From positions 1,733 through 65,732 of the forward strand of contig CAVQUN010000002.1 of the NCBI GenBank assembly GCA_963716935.1: 64,000 bases of DNA, read 5' to 3'. The position numbers and the translations under genes are program-made. Under the pieces are notes generated by a model, which was given only the letters and a program-made list of their open reading frames with translations, searched no databases and was not told where the DNA came from. Numbering within the stretch: the first letter of the stretch is position 1; each line of letters begins with the position of its first letter. Below, piece after piece: positions 57,178 to 64,000 of this stretch. Source of the stretch: an uncultured Actinomycetes bacterium. Its GTDB lineage: Bacteria; Actinomycetota; UBA4738; HRBIN12.

Positions 57178-59564
57178 GCGTCCGCGTCGACGAGCGCACC
57201 CGCGGAGCCATCGGTGAGAGCGTCCGTCGGGTCGACGGTCTGCCCAAGGTCACCGGCGCGTTCGCCTACGGAAGCGATCTCTGGCACGAGCGCATGTTGT
57301 GGGGCGCCACGCTGCGGAGCCCGCACCCGCACGCCCGCATCGCGGCGATCGACGTCTCGCAGGCCCTCACGAGTCCCGGCGTCCTGGCGGTGCTCACCCA
57401 CGACGACGTCCCGGGCAAACGCACGTACGGGCTCGAGCTCGCCGATCAGCCGGTGCTGGCCTGGGATCGCGTCCTGTACGCGGGCCAGCCAGTCGCGGTC
57501 GTCGCGGCCGAGACCCTCGAGCTGGCGAAGCGCGCCGCCGCACGCATCCGCGTCGACTACGAGGTCCTGGAGCCGGTGCTCGACATGGTGTCGGCGCTCG
57601 ACCCGAGCGCGCCTCGGCTGCACGACTGGGGCAACGTGCTCCGCCACGTCCGGATCGAGCACGGCGACCCCGGCGCCGAGGCCGAGGTCTGGGTGGAGGG
57701 CTACTACGAGACCGCGATGCAGGACCAGGCGGCGCTCGGCCCCGAGGCCGGGCTCGCGATCCCGGCCGAGGACGGCGGCGTCGACCTCATCGTCTCGACG
57801 CAGTGGCTGCACGTCGACCGGCAGCAGATCGCGCCGGTCCTCGGGCTGCCCGAGGAGCGCGTCCGGATCACGCTCGCGGGCGTCGGCGGGGCGTTCGGCA
57901 GCCGCGAGGACCTCCACATGCAGATTCACGCCTGTCTGCTCGCGCTGCACACCGGTCGCCCCGTGAAGATGTCGTACGGCCGCGAGGAGTCGTTCCTCGC
58001 CCACGTTCACCGGCACCCCTCGCGGATCTGGCTCCGAACGGGAGCGACGCGCGACGGCCGGCTCGTCGCCGTTCGCGGCCGGATCCTGATCGACGGGGGA
58101 GCGTTCGCGTCCTCCTCCACGGCGGTCGTCGCGAACGCGACGACGTTCCTCGCGGGCCCGTACGAGGTGCCGAACGCGCTGTTGCAGGGCACCGCCGTGT
58201 ACACGAACAACCCCCCGTGCGGCGCGATGCGCGGGTTCGGCGCGCCGCAGGTGTGCTTCGCGCACGAGGCCAACATGGACCGGCTCGCCCGCGAGCTCGG
58301 GCTGGACCCGGTCGAGCTCCGGCTGCGCAACGCCGTGCGGCCGGGATCGGTGCTGCCGACGGGACAGGTCGTCCGCGGCAGCGCGCCCGTCCGGGACGTG
58401 CTCGAGCGCTGTCGCGACCTCGCGATGCCGCCCGAGCCCGAGCCCGCCGCGATGCGCGACCCGATGACCTTCCCCGGCGGCGCGGGCAACGTCGGCCACG
58501 GCGAGGGCCTGCGTCGGGGCGTGGGGTTCGCGCTCGGGTACAAGAACGTGGCGTACAGCGACGGCTTCGACGACTTCCACCAGGCCCGGGTCACGCTCTC
58601 GCGAGGCCCGGGCGGCCCGCTCGTCGAGCTGTACACGGCCGGCGTGGAGTGCGGGCAGGGCTTCTCGACGATCGTCACCCAGGTCGCGCGGGAGGAGCTC
58701 GGCGTCGAGGCCGTGGTGCTGCACGCCGCCGACACCGGCGTGGACTCGGCGGGATCCACCAGCGCGTCCCGGCAGACGTTCATGGGCGGTGGGGCCGTCC
58801 AGATGGCGTGCCGCGCCGTCGCGGACGAGCTGCAGGCCCGCGCGCGGGAGCGAGTGCGGCCGGCGGGGACGCTGACGCTCCGCGACGGCCGGGTCCTGGA
58901 GGACGGCGTGCCCGTCGCCGAGCTCGAGGAGCTCCTCGACGAGCCGATCGTCGCGACGCGCACGTTCCACCACCGCCCGACCACGAGCTTCGGCGAGAAG
59001 GGCCAGGGCGACATCCACGTGATGTTCGCGTTCGGCGCGCATCGCGCGGTGGTCGAGGTCGACGAGGAGCTCGGGCTCGTGCGCGTGGTGCAGCTCGGGT
59101 CGGTGCTGGACGTCGGGCGGGCGCTGAACCCTCAGGGGGTCGAGGGGCAGAGCGAGGGCGGCGCCGCGCAGGGGCTGGGCCTCGCGGTCATGGAGGAGAT
59201 CCGGCTGCGCGACGGGCACATCGCGAACGCCTCGTTCACCGACTACCTGATCCCGACGATGCTCGACATGCCCCCGGTGACGACCGCCATCGTGGAGGAC
59301 CCCGAGCCCGACGTGCCGTACGGGGCGAAGGGGATCGGCGAGGTCTCCACGATCGTCTCGACGGCGGCCGTGGTCGCCGCGATCCGCGACGCGACCGGCC
59401 GAGACCTGCGTCGGGCCCCCGTGCAGCCGGACGATATCGTCGGCCTGCGCGAGCCCGGACCGAGCCCCGCGTGGCCCCCCGAACCCGACGTGCCCGGACC
59501 GCGCCCCGTGCCCGAGTACTTCGGCGAGGGACTCGGCCAGAGCGAGCTGAGAGCGAAGGAGTGA
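57174..59564 (+). CDS. Xanthine dehydrogenase family molybdopterin-binding large subunit (CoxL/XdhA-like)
   Basis: ATGA overlap. GGAFGSRE, NNPPCGAMRGFG, GQSEGG blocks. Confidence 0.9.
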   Translation: MSVRVDERTRGAIGESVRRVDGLPKVTGAFAYGSDLWHERMLWGATLRSPHPHARIAAIDVSQALTSPGVLAVLTHDDVPGKRTYGLELADQPVLAWDRVLYAGQPVAVVAAETLELAKRAAARIRVDYEVLEPVLDMVSALDPSAPRLHDWGNVLRHVRIEHGDPGAEAEVWVEGYYETAMQDQAALGPEAGLAIPAEDGGVDLIVSTQWLHVDRQQIAPVLGLPEERVRITLAGVGGAFGSREDLHMQIHACLLALHTGRPVKMSYGREESFLAHVHRHPSRIWLRTGATRDGRLVAVRGRILIDGGAFASSSTAVVANATTFLAGPYEVPNALLQGTAVYTNNPPCGAMRGFGAPQVCFAHEANMDRLARELGLDPVELRLRNAVRPGSVLPTGQVVRGSAPVRDVLERCRDLAMPPEPEPAAMRDPMTFPGGAGNVGHGEGLRRGVGFALGYKNVAYSDGFDDFHQARVTLSRGPGGPLVELYTAGVECGQGFSTIVTQVAREELGVEAVVLHAADTGVDSAGSTSASRQTFMGGGAVQMACRAVADELQARARERVRPAGTLTLRDGRVLEDGVPVAELEELLDEPIVATRTFHHRPTTSFGEKGQGDIHVMFAFGAHRAVVEVDEELGLVRVVQLGSVLDVGRALNPQGVEGQSEGGAAQGLGLAVMEEIRLRDGHIANASFTDYLIPTMLDMPPVTTAIVEDPEPDVPYGAKGIGEVSTIVSTAAVVAAIRDATGRDLRRAPVQPDDIVGLREPGPSPAWPPEPDVPGPRPVPEYFGEGLGQSELRAKE

Positions 59565-60556
59565 GCGTGGACCGATCGACCCTGCGAGGGCGCGACTACA
59601 TCGAGACGCTGGACTGGAGCACGGACGAGATCGACGAGGCGATCGGGCTCGCCGGCGAGCTGAAGGCGAAGTTCGCGGCGGGCGAGCCGCACCGCCTGCT
59701 CCCGGATCGCACGCTGTTCATGCTGTTCCTCGACAAGTCGACGCGCACCCGCAACGCGTTCGAGGCGGGGATGACCCAGCTCGGCGGGCACGCGCACTTC
59801 CTCGATGCCGACAAGACGCAGGTCGCGCACGGCGAGAGCCCGAAGGACATGGGGATCATCCTGTCGCGGTACGGCCACGGCCTGGCCATCCGCCACGACC
59901 TCGTCCCGTACGAAGGCAACGCGTACATGCGCGAGGTCGCTCGGTGGGCCGAGATCCCCGTGATCAACCTGCAGTGCGACGTCGACCATCCGACGCAGAC
60001 CCTCGCCGACCTGATGACGCTCCGCGAGCAGCGCGGGCAGGACCTGCGCGGGATGCGGGTCGCCGTCTCCTGGGCGTATGCGCCGAGCTACGCAAAGCCG
60101 CTCTCGGTGCCGCAGGGGCTGCTCATGCTGCTGCCGAGGTACGGGATCGACGTCGTCCTCGCGCACCCGCCCGGCTTCGACCTCATGCCCGAGGTGCGCG
60201 CTCGCGCGGAGGAAGCCGCGGCGCGCGGCGGCGGGACCATCCGGGTGACCGACGACATGGACGCCGCGTTCGAGGGCGCGGACGCGGTCTACCCGAAGTC
60301 CTGGGGCCGACTCGACCTGTTCGGCGACGAGACCGCGGCCCTGGCCGACGCGGCGAGGTACGCCGACTGGATCTGCGACGAGCGGCGCATGGGGCTCGCG
60401 AAGGGCGACGCCCTGTACCTGCACTGCCTCCCGGCCGATCGCGGGACCGAGGTCACCGACGCCGTGATCGACGGCCCGCACTCGGTGGTGTACGACGAGG
60501 CCGAGAACCGCCTGCACACCGGCAAGGCCCTGATGGCGCTCACGATGGCGCCGTAG
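59561..60556 (+). CDS. Ornithine-type carbamoyltransferase family protein (canonical HCLP)
   Basis: GTGA overlap. RBS GAAGGAG. STRTRNAFE, HPTQTLADL, LHCLP. Confidence 0.85.
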   Translation: MSVDRSTLRGRDYIETLDWSTDEIDEAIGLAGELKAKFAAGEPHRLLPDRTLFMLFLDKSTRTRNAFEAGMTQLGGHAHFLDADKTQVAHGESPKDMGIILSRYGHGLAIRHDLVPYEGNAYMREVARWAEIPVINLQCDVDHPTQTLADLMTLREQRGQDLRGMRVAVSWAYAPSYAKPLSVPQGLLMLLPRYGIDVVLAHPPGFDLMPEVRARAEEAAARGGGTIRVTDDMDAAFEGADAVYPKSWGRLDLFGDETAALADAARYADWICDERRMGLAKGDALYLHCLPADRGTEVTDAVIDGPHSVVYDEAENRLHTGKALMALTMAP

Positions 60557-60603
60557 CGCCGGCGGTTCCCGCCATTCGGTCGGGTACGATGGGCGGCGCC
60601 TGT

Positions 60604-60676
60604 TGGCGGGTCGTCTAATGGCAGGACGCCAGGTTCTGGCCCTGGAAGTTGGGGTTCGAGTCCCTGCCCGCCAGCC
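60604..60676 (+). tRNA. tRNA-Gln (anticodon CUG)
   Basis: TGGCGGGTCGTCTAATGGCAGGACGCCAGGTTCTGGCCCTGGAAGTTGGGGTTCGAGTCCCTGCCCGCCAG. U1:A72, anticodon loop UUCUGGC. Confidence 0.7.
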
Positions 60677-60694
60677 GATCTCTCGGTCGCGGCC

Positions 60695-61327
60695 TCAGGC
60701 GGCCGGGCCGGTCACGGGAAACGACATGAGGCCGGGCGGCACCTCCGCCCGAAACGACTGGACGACGCGGAAGAAGTCGTCGCGTTCGGCGTCCCACCCG
60801 CCGGGTGGGAAGAACGCGGCCACGAGGAATCCGGTGCCGTCGCGTCCGAGCGTGATCGCCACGGCGACGCTCCCGGTCACGGCTCCGTCCTGCTTCACGT
60901 CCGTCACCAGCAAGCGGCCCTCGTCGCCGTCGATGCGGACCGGATCCTCCACCCGCACGTCGACGGCCGGGTCGCCGGTGAGGAAGTACAGCGCCATCGC
61001 GTCCAGATCCGCGAACCCGTCCGTCTGGACGGCGAGAACCCGGTAGGTGGTCTGATCCGCGGACTGCGCCGCGGCGTCGAAGAGGCCGCCGCCGAGAGCC
61101 GACTGCGGCGAGGGGCTGGGTTGCGGCGGCGAGGCGACGACGCCCGTAAGCAGCTGGGGGCCACCGCTCGACGCCTGTGCCGGCGTCACCTGGAGATCGT
61201 TGGCGGCCGGCAGGTTCGTGGCGAAGATCCCCTGCGGGTCGTAGTACCGGGCGAACTCGCGCCCGGAATCTCCCGAGCAGGCGGCGAGCGACAGGGTCGC
61301 CACCGCCCCGATCAGGATCTTCTTCAT
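60695..61327 (-). CDS. Hypothetical lipoprotein
   Basis: MKKILIGAVATLSLAAC lipobox. Ala/Gly/Pro-rich. Confidence 0.55.
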   Translation of the reverse strand: MKKILIGAVATLSLAACSGDSGREFARYYDPQGIFATNLPAANDLQVTPAQASSGGPQLLTGVVASPPQPSPSPQSALGGGLFDAAAQSADQTTYRVLAVQTDGFADLDAMALYFLTGDPAVDVRVEDPVRIDGDEGRLLVTDVKQDGAVTGSVAVAITLGRDGTGFLVAAFFPPGGWDAERDDFFRVVQSFRAEVPPGLMSFPVTGPAA

Positions 61328-61413
61328 GATCGAATCATCGTCGCACGGGGTCTGGGCATTGACCATGGGACGCGAATCTCGTTACGGTGCAGGAGGGACG
61401 CGGGAGGCAGCGC

Positions 61414-61722
61414 ATGAACAAGAACGGTCTCGTGGCCGAGGTGGCCAAACGCACCGGATCCAGCAAGGCCGACGTCGCACGGATGATCGACGCGTCGATG
61501 GACGTGATCCGCGAGTCGGTCGCCCGCGGCGACCGCGTGTCGCTCGTGGGCTTCGGCACGTTCGAGCGCAAGCGGCGGAACAAGCGGATCGCTCGCAACC
61601 CCCGCAAGCCGGCGACGCCGATCGTCGTCCCGGCGCGGGACCTTCCCTGGTTCGTGCCGGGCAAGGAGTTCAAGGAGATGATCGCGACCAAGCGCCGCCG
61701 CGTGCCCGCGCGCCGGAGCTGA
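61414..61722 (+). CDS. hup: HU family nucleoid protein with basic C-terminal tail
   Basis: MNKNGLVAEVAKRTGSSKADV...VSLVGFGTFERKRR...; Lys/Arg-rich tail. Confidence 0.8.
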   Translation: MNKNGLVAEVAKRTGSSKADVARMIDASMDVIRESVARGDRVSLVGFGTFERKRRNKRIARNPRKPATPIVVPARDLPWFVPGKEFKEMIATKRRRVPARRS

Positions 61723-61761
61723 GCTCGCGAACCGGGTCACCGCGGAACCGGAGCGTCTCCT

Positions 61762-61968
61762 TCAGAAGGTGACGAGCCGAAGGGTCCGCGCGATCTTCGC
61801 GCCGCCCTCCTCGACCAGATCGAAGCGAACGCGCTGTCCGATGCGCAGCAGCCGGATGCCGGCGCCCTCGACCGACGTGGCGTCGATGCGCACCTCGGTG
61901 GCGTCCTCCATCAAGAGCGAGCCGTCGCGCGTGTCGGGGTCGAACTCCTTGATCGTTCCCTGCGGCAT
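61762..61968 (-). CDS. Small cold-shock-domain-like protein
   Basis: MPQGTIKEFDPDTRDGSLL... resembles the CspA N-terminal OB fold (GTVKWFN.EKGFGFI). Confidence 0.45.
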   Translation of the reverse strand: MPQGTIKEFDPDTRDGSLLMEDATEVRIDATSVEGAGIRLLRIGQRVRFDLVEEGGAKIARTLRLVTF

Positions 61969-61986
61969 GCCGCTCCTCTCGGTGGC

Positions 61987-62631
61987 TCAGGCGGTGTTCC
62001 GCAGCCGCTCCGCGAGATCCATCTGCAGGCAGACCTCGCGCGTGCGCCCGCGTCGTCCGTCGGACAGCAGCGTGAGGATATCGCCGGGGCGGTCCAGGTC
62101 GAACGAGAGCTCGCGGCGGTCGACGACCGCGACGGGGAGATCGCGCTCCCTCGCGAGCTCCTCGTGACGGCGGAACGAGTCCGGCCCGAATCGCGCCGGG
62201 ATCGCCCGGGGAGGACGCCGCAGCAGGAAGCTCGTGCCCCGGCCGTCAGCGGAGCGGGCGAGCACGACGGCTCCCAGGGTGCGGAATCCGTCGTGCAGGG
62301 CCTCGGGGGTCAGGAGTGGCAGATCCCCGGGCAGGATCGTGAGCGCCTCGGCCTCGCGCTCCTTGGCCAGGCGCTCGACCTGGCGGATGGCGTTCGGCAG
62401 CGAGGGCTTGGCCTCCGGAATCGACTCCACGCCGCGACGTGCCGCGATCTCGAGGGCCACCTCGTCGGGGGACACGACCCAGGTGTCCCAGCCCGGGACG
62501 GCCTGGGTGGCGTCGAGCACGTCCTCGAGCATCGCGAGCGTGAGCGCGCCCCGTTCGAGCGAGGTGAGCGCGGGGGCGAGCCGGCTCTTGGCCCGCGAGA
62601 GCGACTTCACGGGGATGGCGACGACGCGCAT
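61987..62631 (-). CDS. cofC: 2-phospho-L-lactate (or PEP) guanylyltransferase, F420 biosynthesis
   Basis: MRVVAIPVKSLSRAKSRL... typical CofC/FbiD N-terminus. Confidence 0.7.
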   Translation of the reverse strand: MRVVAIPVKSLSRAKSRLAPALTSLERGALTLAMLEDVLDATQAVPGWDTWVVSPDEVALEIAARRGVESIPEAKPSLPNAIRQVERLAKEREAEALTILPGDLPLLTPEALHDGFRTLGAVVLARSADGRGTSFLLRRPPRAIPARFGPDSFRRHEELARERDLPVAVVDRRELSFDLDRPGDILTLLSDGRRGRTREVCLQMDLAERLRNTA

Positions 62632-62680
62632 CGGATCAGGCTAGCGCGGAGGACGCGATAGCATCCGGCGCTCGGAGGGG

Positions 62681-63364
62681 GTGCGGTCCATGGAGCCCTG
62701 GTACCACACGCTGAAGGGACTCCTGCGACCGCCGTTCGCGCTCTGGTTCAACTGGCGCTTCGAGGGCCTCGAGCGGATCCCGTCCGAGGGCCCGCTCATC
62801 GTTGCGGGGAACCATCTCTCGTATCTGGATCCGTTCGCGCACGCGCACTTCGTCATGGAGGCCGGCCGGCGCCCGCGGTTCCTCGCCAAGCACGAGCTGT
62901 TCGACAACTGGCTGGTCGGCGCCGCGCTGCGGGGAGCGGGGCAGATCCCGGTCGACCGCGGGACCGGCGATCGCTCGCCGCTCGACGCGGCCACGCGTGC
63001 GCTGGAGGCGGGCGAGGTCGTCGTGGTCTATCCCGAGGGAACCACGACCACGACGAACGCGGACTTCTCTCCCGGCACGGGCAAGACGGGCGTCGTCCGG
63101 TTGGCGTTGCAGACCGGCGTGCCGATCCTGCCGGTCGCGACGTGGGGCGGGCAGTACGTCTGGCGAAAGGCGGGGCGGCAGAGCCTGGCCTTCGGGAGAC
63201 CGATCTGGCTGCGGGCCGGGGACCTCATCGACCTCGGACGGCGCGAGGGCGAGCTGAGCGCCCGCGAGGTCCGCGCGCTGACGGACGACCTGATGCGAAG
63301 GATCACCGATCTCACGGCGGGTCTCGGCTCCCGCTATCCGGCTCGCTGGTCGCGCCCCGGGTAG
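62681..63364 (+). CDS. plsC: 1-acyl-sn-glycerol-3-phosphate acyltransferase (PlsC family)
   Basis: AGNHLSYLDP (HX4D motif) and YPEGT motif. Confidence 0.85.
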   Translation: MRSMEPWYHTLKGLLRPPFALWFNWRFEGLERIPSEGPLIVAGNHLSYLDPFAHAHFVMEAGRRPRFLAKHELFDNWLVGAALRGAGQIPVDRGTGDRSPLDAATRALEAGEVVVVYPEGTTTTTNADFSPGTGKTGVVRLALQTGVPILPVATWGGQYVWRKAGRQSLAFGRPIWLRAGDLIDLGRREGELSAREVRALTDDLMRRITDLTAGLGSRYPARWSRPG

Positions 63365-63374
63365 GCTGAGGCCC

Positions 63375-64000
63375 GTGGACGAGGAACGCCGCCCGGGCTT
63401 CGCCACCCGCGCGATCCAGGGCGCGCGAACGCCGCCGATCGACCAGGACACGCCCAGCGTGCCGATCTTCCAGACCTCGACGTTTCGCTTCGAGAGCGCC
63501 GAGGCGTACGCGGAGACCATCGCGTTTCGCCGGCCCGGCTACACGTACACCCGCGGCTACGGCAACCCGACGCTGCTCGCGTTCGAGTCCCTGATGGCCG
63601 AGCTCGAGGAGACCGAGTCGGCGTTCTCGTTCGCGAGCGGGATGGCCGCGATCCACACGGTGCTGACGACGGTCGCGCAAGCCGGCGACCGCATCGTCGC
63701 GAGCCCCGAGCTCTACGGCGGGACCTATTCGCTGTTCACCAAGGTCATGCCCCGGTACGGGATCGAGGTGGACTTCGTCGACGCGCACGATCCGGACGCG
63801 GTCGCGCGCGCGGTTCCCGGCGCCAAGCTCTTCTACTGCGAGACCATCGCGAACCCGAACGTCACGATCGCCGACCTCGACGCGCTCGGGCGGATCTGCG
63901 CCGACGCGGACGTTCCCGCGGCGGTGGACAACACGTTCGCCTCGCCCTATCTCTGCAACCCGGCGGCCTTCGGGTTCTCCTTCGTGATCCACTCGGCGAC
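63375..64000 (+). CDS. Cys/Met-metabolism PLP-dependent enzyme (O-acetylhomoserine sulfhydrylase / cystathionine gamma-synthase family), N-terminal part; runs off the window end
   Basis: PSVPIFQTSTFRFES, GYTYTRGYGNPT, ELYGGTYSLF typical of the trans-sulfuration family. No stop before nt 64000. Confidence 0.8.
   Translation, partial: MDEERRPGFATRAIQGARTPPIDQDTPSVPIFQTSTFRFESAEAYAETIAFRRPGYTYTRGYGNPTLLAFESLMAELEETESAFSFASGMAAIHTVLTTVAQAGDRIVASPELYGGTYSLFTKVMPRYGIEVDFVDAHDPDAVARAVPGAKLFYCETIANPNVTIADLDALGRICADADVPAAVDNTFASPYLCNPAAFGFSFVIHSA

Noticed and set aside
60603-61046. ORF 60603-61046 + (147 aa)
   Set aside because: It starts inside tRNA-Gln and is antisense to the lipoprotein gene. It is low-complexity.
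1-64000. CRISPR arrays, rRNA genes, transposase/IS elements
   Set aside because: No regularly spaced short repeats, no rRNA-like conserved blocks, and no DDE- or transposase-like ORFs were seen. The only recombinase signal is the integrase remnant at 37669-38107.

Overview
High-GC (about 70%) actinobacterial-type chromosome segment with three distinct parts. (1) 1-19.2 kb is ordinary core and accessory metabolism: FAH-family hydrolase, gltX, a peptidoglycan amidase, a cytochrome P450 with a Rieske protein nearby, a PQQ sugar dehydrogenase, a dihydropyrimidinase, F420/LLM oxidoreductases, a stand-alone class III nucleotidyl cyclase, MFS and ABC transporters, LtrA, and an RTX-repeat protein. 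(2) About 19.2-38.2 kb is a composite accessory region anchored on a tRNA-Glu(CUC) gene on the minus strand. The intact tRNA lies at about 38121-38196, next to a frameshifted, N-terminally truncated tyrosine-integrase remnant. Five further direct copies of the tRNA 3' end lie at about 19226, 21704, 25264, 30351 and 33017. They split the 19 kb into five small cargo modules of 2.4-5 kb, read here as serially accreted, decayed integrative elements. The modules carry an orphan HisKA_3 sensor kinase with a cNMP-binding protein, an ArsR-AHSA1/MBL/DHFR-like set, a single 1546-aa multidomain surface protein, an RHH-DUF4097-ABC exporter module with a perfect palindromic operator, and small membrane or hypothetical proteins. 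(3) 38.2-64 kb holds an ArsR/DUF5937 regulator, a dual-specificity phosphatase, an isocitrate/isopropylmalate-dehydrogenase-family enzyme with a C-terminal extension, and tandem phospholipase-C-like phosphoesterases. It also holds a roughly 16 kb, tightly translationally coupled operon: two PLP fold-II enzymes, two OTC-family carbamoyltransferases, carbamate kinase, two xanthine-dehydrogenase-family molybdoenzymes (one fused FeS-MoCo, one three-subunit), two amidohydrolases and an F420-type LLM oxidoreductase. This looks like an actinobacterial variant of the ygeW/ygeX/yqeA/xdhD/ssnA anaerobic purine (urate) catabolism cluster. After it come tRNA-Gln, HU, a CSD-like protein, CofC, PlsC and the start of a trans-sulfuration PLP enzyme. 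All family assignments rest on motif recognition in the translated ORFs and no database search was possible. Coordinates of non-ORF features are hand-counted and may be off by a few nt.
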